Part shown: piece after piece, positions 59,053 to 64,000 of the stretch
Numbering within the stretch: position 1 is the stretch's first letter
Layout of the letters: each line of letters starts with the position of its first letter
Assembly: GCA_007376135.1 (NCBI GenBank)
Contig: VMFR01000001.1
Location: 379,016 to 443,015 of the forward strand
Length of the DNA: 64,000 nucleotides
Origin: Parcubacteria group bacterium Gr01-1014_31
Lineage (GTDB): Bacteria; Patescibacteriota; Patescibacteriia; Buchananbacterales; GWA2-38-13
Direction: 5' to 3'
Made by a program: the position numbers and the translations under genes
The notes under the pieces: generated by a model
The model's database searches: none
Told to the model about the DNA's origin: nothing
The model's input: the letters and a program-made list of their open reading frames with translations, nothing else

Positions 59053-60843
59053 ATGCGCGTTGCCGACTACATCGTCAAATTCCTGGAAGACCAGGGGGTC
59101 CGCACGATCTTCATGATCGCCGGCGGGCAGGCAATGTGGCTCAACGACGCGCTGCAGCGCAGCGGAATCTCCCCCGTCTGCACCCACCACGAACAAGCCG
59201 CGGCCATGGCCGCGGAAGCGTACGGCCGCATCTCCGGAAAACTCGGCGTCTGCATGGTCACCGCCGGCCCGGCCGGCGTCAACGCGCTCAACGGCGTGGT
59301 CGGCGCCTACGTGGATTCGTCGCCAATGCTGGTCATCTCGGGCCAGTCGGCGCTGCCGAACGTCGAGTACATGAAACAGAGCGGCATCCGCCAGTACGGC
59401 CTGCAAGGCATCTTGCTCGAACCGATGATCAAGCCCGTGACCAAATACTTCGTCACGGTGGACGACGCGGCGTCGATCGCCTACTACCTGGAGAAAGCGG
59501 TCTGGGAGGCGACCACCGGACGACCCGGCCCGGCCTGGATAGAAGTGCCGCTGGACGTGCAGCGCATGGAGGTGCCGGAAAAATTGCTGCGCCACTTTAC
59601 CCCGCCCCAGCTCCCCGCACCCGCGGCGCAGTTATTCGAGCACGCGGCCGCGACCGCGGCGCTGGTGAGCAAGAGCAAACGCCCGTTGCTGCTCGTCGGC
59701 CAGGGGGTGCGCATCGCCAAGGCGCAGGCGGCGGTCGCCAAACTTTTGGCGCGCGCGCCCATGCCGGTCGCCACCACCCGATTGGCCATTGACGTCGTGG
59801 ACAGCGGTAATCCCCTGTTTGCCGGCCGCCCGGGATTGTACGGCGACCGCTCGGCCAATTTCGCGGTGCAGACCGCCGACGTCATCGTGGCAATCGGCGC
59901 GCGGCTGGATCCGGGGATCGTCGGCTACGACGCCAAAGACTGGGGTCGGCGTGCCCAAAAGGTCATCGTGGACCTCGACGACAAGGAGCTACACAAGCCA
60001 GGCCTTGAGCGCGCCACCCGCTACCGCCATGACGCGCGCGCGTTCCTGGAGGCTTTGGAGGGGGCGCTGGCCACGACCGCCTGGCCCGACCGGCAGCGCT
60101 GGATCACCCGCTGCCAAACGTGGCGGCGCGACTATCCCACCGTCAGTCCCGCCTATCAAAAAGAAACCCCGGTGAATTCCTACTATCTTGCCGAACGCCT
60201 GTCCCACGCGGCCGACGTTGGTGACGTCGTCGTGGTCGACACCAGTTCTCCGTTCCACGTCGTCTGCCAAGCCTGGCATCTAAAACTCGGCCAGCGCTTC
60301 CTTACCACCGGCGGCATCTCCACCATGGGCTACTGGGCGGCGGGCATCGGCGCGTGCCTCGGCGACGGCAAACGGCGCACCATCATCGTCACGGGCGACG
60401 GCTGCCTGCAGATGAACCTCCAGGAACTGGCGACCATCAAGCACCATCAGCTCCCCATTAAACTGTTCGTCATCAACAATAACGGTTACCTGCTCATCCG
60501 CCACACGCAGAAAACCCACATGGAAGGCCGCATGATCGGGGAGAGCCCGGCCTCGGGCCTGTGGTGCCCCGACAGCACCAAGATCGCGGGGGCCTACGGC
60601 ATACCGGCGGTACGGATTGCCTCGCCCGAGGGCATTGACGACAAGATCCGGCAAGTGCTGAACACCGACGGACCGGTCATCTGCGACGTCCTCTCCCCCG
60701 AATGGCAAATGATCGTACCCCGCGTCGCGTCCGAAAAGCGGCCGGACGGCTCGATGGTATCGCGGCCGTACGAAGACCTCTTCCCATTCCTTCCCCCCGA
60801 CGAACTGCGGCGCACGCTCGCCGTGGATGACCCCGCGCAGTAA
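59053..60843 (+). CDS. Thiamine-diphosphate-dependent enzyme, acetolactate-synthase-like (YerE-type candidate)
   Basis: HHEQAAAMAAEAY, GRPGP, GDGCLQMNLQEL..NNNGY ThDP motif; C-terminal SRPYEDLFPFL typical of glycan-locus members. Confidence 0.88.
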   Translation: MRVADYIVKFLEDQGVRTIFMIAGGQAMWLNDALQRSGISPVCTHHEQAAAMAAEAYGRISGKLGVCMVTAGPAGVNALNGVVGAYVDSSPMLVISGQSALPNVEYMKQSGIRQYGLQGILLEPMIKPVTKYFVTVDDAASIAYYLEKAVWEATTGRPGPAWIEVPLDVQRMEVPEKLLRHFTPPQLPAPAAQLFEHAAATAALVSKSKRPLLLVGQGVRIAKAQAAVAKLLARAPMPVATTRLAIDVVDSGNPLFAGRPGLYGDRSANFAVQTADVIVAIGARLDPGIVGYDAKDWGRRAQKVIVDLDDKELHKPGLERATRYRHDARAFLEALEGALATTAWPDRQRWITRCQTWRRDYPTVSPAYQKETPVNSYYLAERLSHAADVGDVVVVDTSSPFHVVCQAWHLKLGQRFLTTGGISTMGYWAAGIGACLGDGKRRTIIVTGDGCLQMNLQELATIKHHQLPIKLFVINNNGYLLIRHTQKTHMEGRMIGESPASGLWCPDSTKIAGAYGIPAVRIASPEGIDDKIRQVLNTDGPVICDVLSPEWQMIVPRVASEKRPDGSMVSRPYEDLFPFLPPDELRRTLAVDDPAQ

Positions 60844-60849
60844 TTCTCT

Positions 60850-61971
60850 ATGCCGCTCAAACCCTCAAAGAAAAAGATCGCGTTTGCCGGCTCCTCCATG
60901 ACCCAAAAAGAGGTCGACTACGTCGTCGACGCGGTCAAGCACGGCTGGTACGACACTTTTGACAAGGATACCAAACTGTTCGAACAAGGAATTGCCGCCT
61001 ATACCGGACGCGCCTACGCGCTGGCCGGTTTTTGCTGCACCCATTCCATGCACCTGGGGTGTCTGGTCTCGGGCTTCGGACCCGGGGACGAGGTCATCTG
61101 CACCGATTTTTCCTGGGCGGCCACCGCGCACGTCATTGCCTACACGGGGGCCACTCCCGTGTTCGTGGACATCGACCCCGATACCTGGTGCATCGACCCC
61201 AAAGCGATCGCCGATGCCATCACGCCAAAGACCAAGGGCATCATGCTGGTGCACAGCTTCGGCCAGCCGGCGGATATGGATGCTATCATGCGAATCGCGC
61301 GCGAGCACAACCTGCGTGTGGTGGAGGATGCCGCGCCGTCACTCGGCTCGATGTACCACGGGAAAAGCGTCGGCAGCTTCGGCGACGTCGGATGTTTTTC
61401 CTTCCATGGCGCCAAGATCGCGGTCAGCGGCGAAGGCGGGGTATTTCTGACCGACCGCAAGGAGATGTACGACCAGGCGGTGTTACAATCCAACATGGGA
61501 CGCACGAACCGTTTGGCGAACTTCTGGTGCGATTCCATGGGCTACGAATACCAAATGGCCAATGTCGTCGCGGCCCTGTGTCGCGCCCAGGTAGAACGCA
61601 TCGAAGAATTGGTTGCCATGAAACGCCGGATCTTTGACTGGTACTGGGAACGGCTCAAGAACGTGCCGGAGCTCAAACTCCTGCGCGAAAAACCCGATAC
61701 CCGCTGCAATTACGCCTACCCGGCGGTGCTGCTGCAGACCGACGAGATCAGCCGCAACGACCTTGTTTCCCAGTTAAAAACTCTCAACATCCACGCCCGC
61801 GCGGCCTTTCCGCGTATGAGCAAATTCCCGATGTACCAGGCGCGCTTCAAAAATCCGGTCGCCAGCCTCGTGGAAACCCATGGCTTTAATCTGCCGTCCG
61901 CGCTTAATATCACGGAAGCGGACGCGGACTTCGTATGCACCGCCGTCAAACACCTGCTGGGCCGCAGCTAA
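60850..61971 (+). CDS. DegT/DnrJ/EryC1/StrS sugar aminotransferase (perosamine-synthase-like)
   Basis: GPGDEVI, VEDAA, FSFHGAKIAVSGEGG (PLP Lys), LPS. Confidence 0.9.
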   Translation: MPLKPSKKKIAFAGSSMTQKEVDYVVDAVKHGWYDTFDKDTKLFEQGIAAYTGRAYALAGFCCTHSMHLGCLVSGFGPGDEVICTDFSWAATAHVIAYTGATPVFVDIDPDTWCIDPKAIADAITPKTKGIMLVHSFGQPADMDAIMRIAREHNLRVVEDAAPSLGSMYHGKSVGSFGDVGCFSFHGAKIAVSGEGGVFLTDRKEMYDQAVLQSNMGRTNRLANFWCDSMGYEYQMANVVAALCRAQVERIEELVAMKRRIFDWYWERLKNVPELKLLREKPDTRCNYAYPAVLLQTDEISRNDLVSQLKTLNIHARAAFPRMSKFPMYQARFKNPVASLVETHGFNLPSALNITEADADFVCTAVKHLLGRS

Positions 61972-63152
61972 AAAAAATCGGCTCGCCGATATCCTGCCTG
62001 CGGCCGCTGCCGGAGGACGAGATCTTCGGTCTCCAACGGGCCTTTGCCGCCGACCCGCGACCGGAAAAACTGAACGGCGCCATTGGCGTATACACCGACG
62101 AGACCGGCAAACCCTTCGTCCTGCCGGTCGTTCGTCAGGCGTTCGAGCATTTACAGGCGTCCAATTTCAACTACCTGCCCATTAGCGGCGACCCGCGATT
62201 CTTGGAACTGACCGCAAAGCTGGTATTCGGCGAGCAGCGGTACGCCACCCTCGCGCCAACCTTGGCGGCCCAAGGCGTTTCCGGCGGCACCAACGCGCTG
62301 TCGCTGTTCGGGAGTCTGGCAAAAGCCGCCGACCGGCGGCCGACCCTGATCATCGGCGAACCGACCTGGGAAAACCACAAAAAGATCTTCGACCACCTGG
62401 GCTTTGCCTGGAAAATATTTCCGCACCTGACCGCGGCGTACACCTTCAACCTGACGGCAGCCCTCGCGGCGCTCAAAACGCGGCGGCCGTCATGGGTGCT
62501 GCTGCACGGCGGAGCAACGCACAACCCGACCGGCGTGAACCCGGCCCAACAGGAATGGCAGATCCTTGCCCGCACCATGGCCGAGTATGGCCACACGGCC
62601 TGCGTGGACCACGCCTATACGGGTTTGGGCGACGGACTGATTGAGGACTCCGCGCCCATTCACCAGTTGATTGCCGCCGGCGTGCCCACGTTCATCGCCG
62701 TCTCTTTTTCAAAAAATATGACTCTCTACCAGCACCGCGCCGGTGCGCTGCTGTATGCGGGTAAAACCGCCAAGGAAAAAACCGCCGTTGCCAGCCATCT
62801 GGAGCACCTGTTCCGGGCAACGAACTCCAACCCGCCGGCGGCCGGCGAACTGGTGGTCGGCAAGATCCTCTCCGAACCGCAGCTCCGGCGGCAGTGGGAG
62901 GGAGAACTGGCCGCAATGCGCTCCAGCATCAATGAACGGCGCGCGCAGTTCATAAAACTCGCCGGCGCACCCTACGGCTACCTGGCGCGATGCCGCGGGC
63001 TGTTCTCCCTACTGCAGCTTGGAATCAAGCGCATCCGAGCACTGCGGGAACAGCAGGGCATTTACCTGCTGTCCAGCGGCCGCGTGAACTGGGGCGGCAT
63101 CGCCAGTGCCGACCTGCCGCGACTGGCCGAGGTCGTCCGTACCGCCGATTGA
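61935..63152 (+). CDS. Aspartate/aromatic amino-acid aminotransferase (AspC/TyrB type), divergent; start uncertain
   Basis: DPRPEKLN..IGVYTDE, PTWENH, HNPTG, DHAY, SFSKN, SSGRVN. Confidence 0.82.
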   Translation: MHRRQTPAGPQLKKIGSPISCLRPLPEDEIFGLQRAFAADPRPEKLNGAIGVYTDETGKPFVLPVVRQAFEHLQASNFNYLPISGDPRFLELTAKLVFGEQRYATLAPTLAAQGVSGGTNALSLFGSLAKAADRRPTLIIGEPTWENHKKIFDHLGFAWKIFPHLTAAYTFNLTAALAALKTRRPSWVLLHGGATHNPTGVNPAQQEWQILARTMAEYGHTACVDHAYTGLGDGLIEDSAPIHQLIAAGVPTFIAVSFSKNMTLYQHRAGALLYAGKTAKEKTAVASHLEHLFRATNSNPPAAGELVVGKILSEPQLRRQWEGELAAMRSSINERRAQFIKLAGAPYGYLARCRGLFSLLQLGIKRIRALREQQGIYLLSSGRVNWGGIASADLPRLAEVVRTAD

Positions 63153-63316
63153 TCTGCCTGCCGGTTCCGGAGAGTATTGCCCGAAGAGCGTTGACCGGAA
63201 GAACCTCCCGGTTGACCCATTGACTGACCAATAGTGTTCCACTGTCCGTTGAAAATTAAGCGTCCGTTTCCATATTGCACATTCTACAGCGGTGATCATT
63301 CACCAAGGAGTCAAAC

Positions 63317-64000
63317 GTGCCCCAGAACAAAGTAGTGTTGTCCCCCCGTACGCCGCAGTCCCTGCGAAAGGTCGTGGTCATCCTCATCAAACCGACGAGC
63401 TACGATGATGAGGGCTTCCCGCTCCGCTTCCTGCGCGGCGTGCTGCCATCCAACGGCCTGGCTGCCATGTACGCCCTGACAAAACAAGCCCTGTCGCAAG
63501 TGGTACCTGCGGGCGTGACGACCGAAGTCTACATGCTCGAAGACGGCATCCGCCGCCACGCCAAGACGCTTACCCGTCTGTACCGGCGGTTCCCTGAAAC
63601 GGGGGCCAAGCTGATCGTGGGGCTCGCCACGGTACAAACGGCGCAATTCCCCCGCGCCTGCGACCTCATTGACCGCTGGCAGGCGGTGGGCGCAACGTGC
63701 GTCATCGGCGGCTTCCATGTGTCCGGCTCCATTTCCGTCATGACCGACGGCGTCAGCGACCCGCGGCGACCGGGTATCCCCTGTCCGCACCGCATGCCCG
63801 CCGAAATTCAGGCGCTCATGGATCGAGGGGTGGTCGTTTTCCACGGCGAGGCCGAGGAGAAATGGCCGACGGTGCTGGGCGACATCCTGCGGAACGACCC
63901 ACAACCGCTCTACCGCGGCGGGCTACCCGACCTCCGTCAGGCGCCGCTGCCCGAGTACACACCGGACTACTTCCGTAGTAGCTTCGCGACCGCCATCGGC
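63317..64000 (+). CDS. Cobalamin-binding-domain radical SAM protein (N-terminal part; truncated by window edge)
   Basis: GTG after AAGGAG; hand translation LIKPTSYDDEG..LPSNGLA..VQTAQFPRA..IGGFHVSG..GEAE; CX3CX2C not reached within the window. Confidence 0.72.
   Translation, partial: MPQNKVVLSPRTPQSLRKVVVILIKPTSYDDEGFPLRFLRGVLPSNGLAAMYALTKQALSQVVPAGVTTEVYMLEDGIRRHAKTLTRLYRRFPETGAKLIVGLATVQTAQFPRACDLIDRWQAVGATCVIGGFHVSGSISVMTDGVSDPRRPGIPCPHRMPAEIQALMDRGVVVFHGEAEEKWPTVLGDILRNDPQPLYRGGLPDLRQAPLPEYTPDYFRSSFATAIG

Overview
GC-rich bacterial window, genetic code 11 (TGA is used as stop throughout), most likely from a Patescibacteria/CPR (Parcubacteria-like) genome. That assignment is inferred from the giant exported surface protein, the O-antigen-ligase+TPR protein, the S8+FG-GAP protein, the ECF/DUF5667 pair and the frequent leaderless genes. 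About 1-44 kb is a large, mostly minus-strand surface-glycan locus. It has many GT2 and GT4 glycosyltransferases, three GT-C (PMT/ArnT-like) membrane transferases, GtrA, gmd/fcl, rfbF/rfbG-like/rfbH, a UDP-sugar decarboxylase, a nucleotide-sugar dehydrogenase and an AsnB-type amidotransferase, with small HAD/Nudix genes inserted. Next come a 1269-aa S-layer-like protein, an ECF sigma/anti-sigma pair, small conserved genes, rarA, uppS and a membrane-tethered amidase. At 56.7-57.06 kb is the most unusual structure: an intact tRNA-Pro(CGG) nested inside the anticodon loop of a second, fragmented tRNA-Pro(TGG)-like gene interrupted by three hairpin insertions. It directly precedes an acetaldehyde dehydrogenase / 4-hydroxy-2-oxovalerate aldolase / ThDP-enzyme / aminotransferase operon. 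Together with rfbFGH, this operon looks like a C4-branched (erwiniose/yersiniose-type) sugar pathway. Other oddities are 7-nt-periodic inverted repeats at gene junctions, an in-frame TAG in a Nudix-like gene, a leader peptide plus terminator, and AT[ST][ST] motif enrichment in exported proteins. All calls rest on motif recognition by eye; no searches were run.
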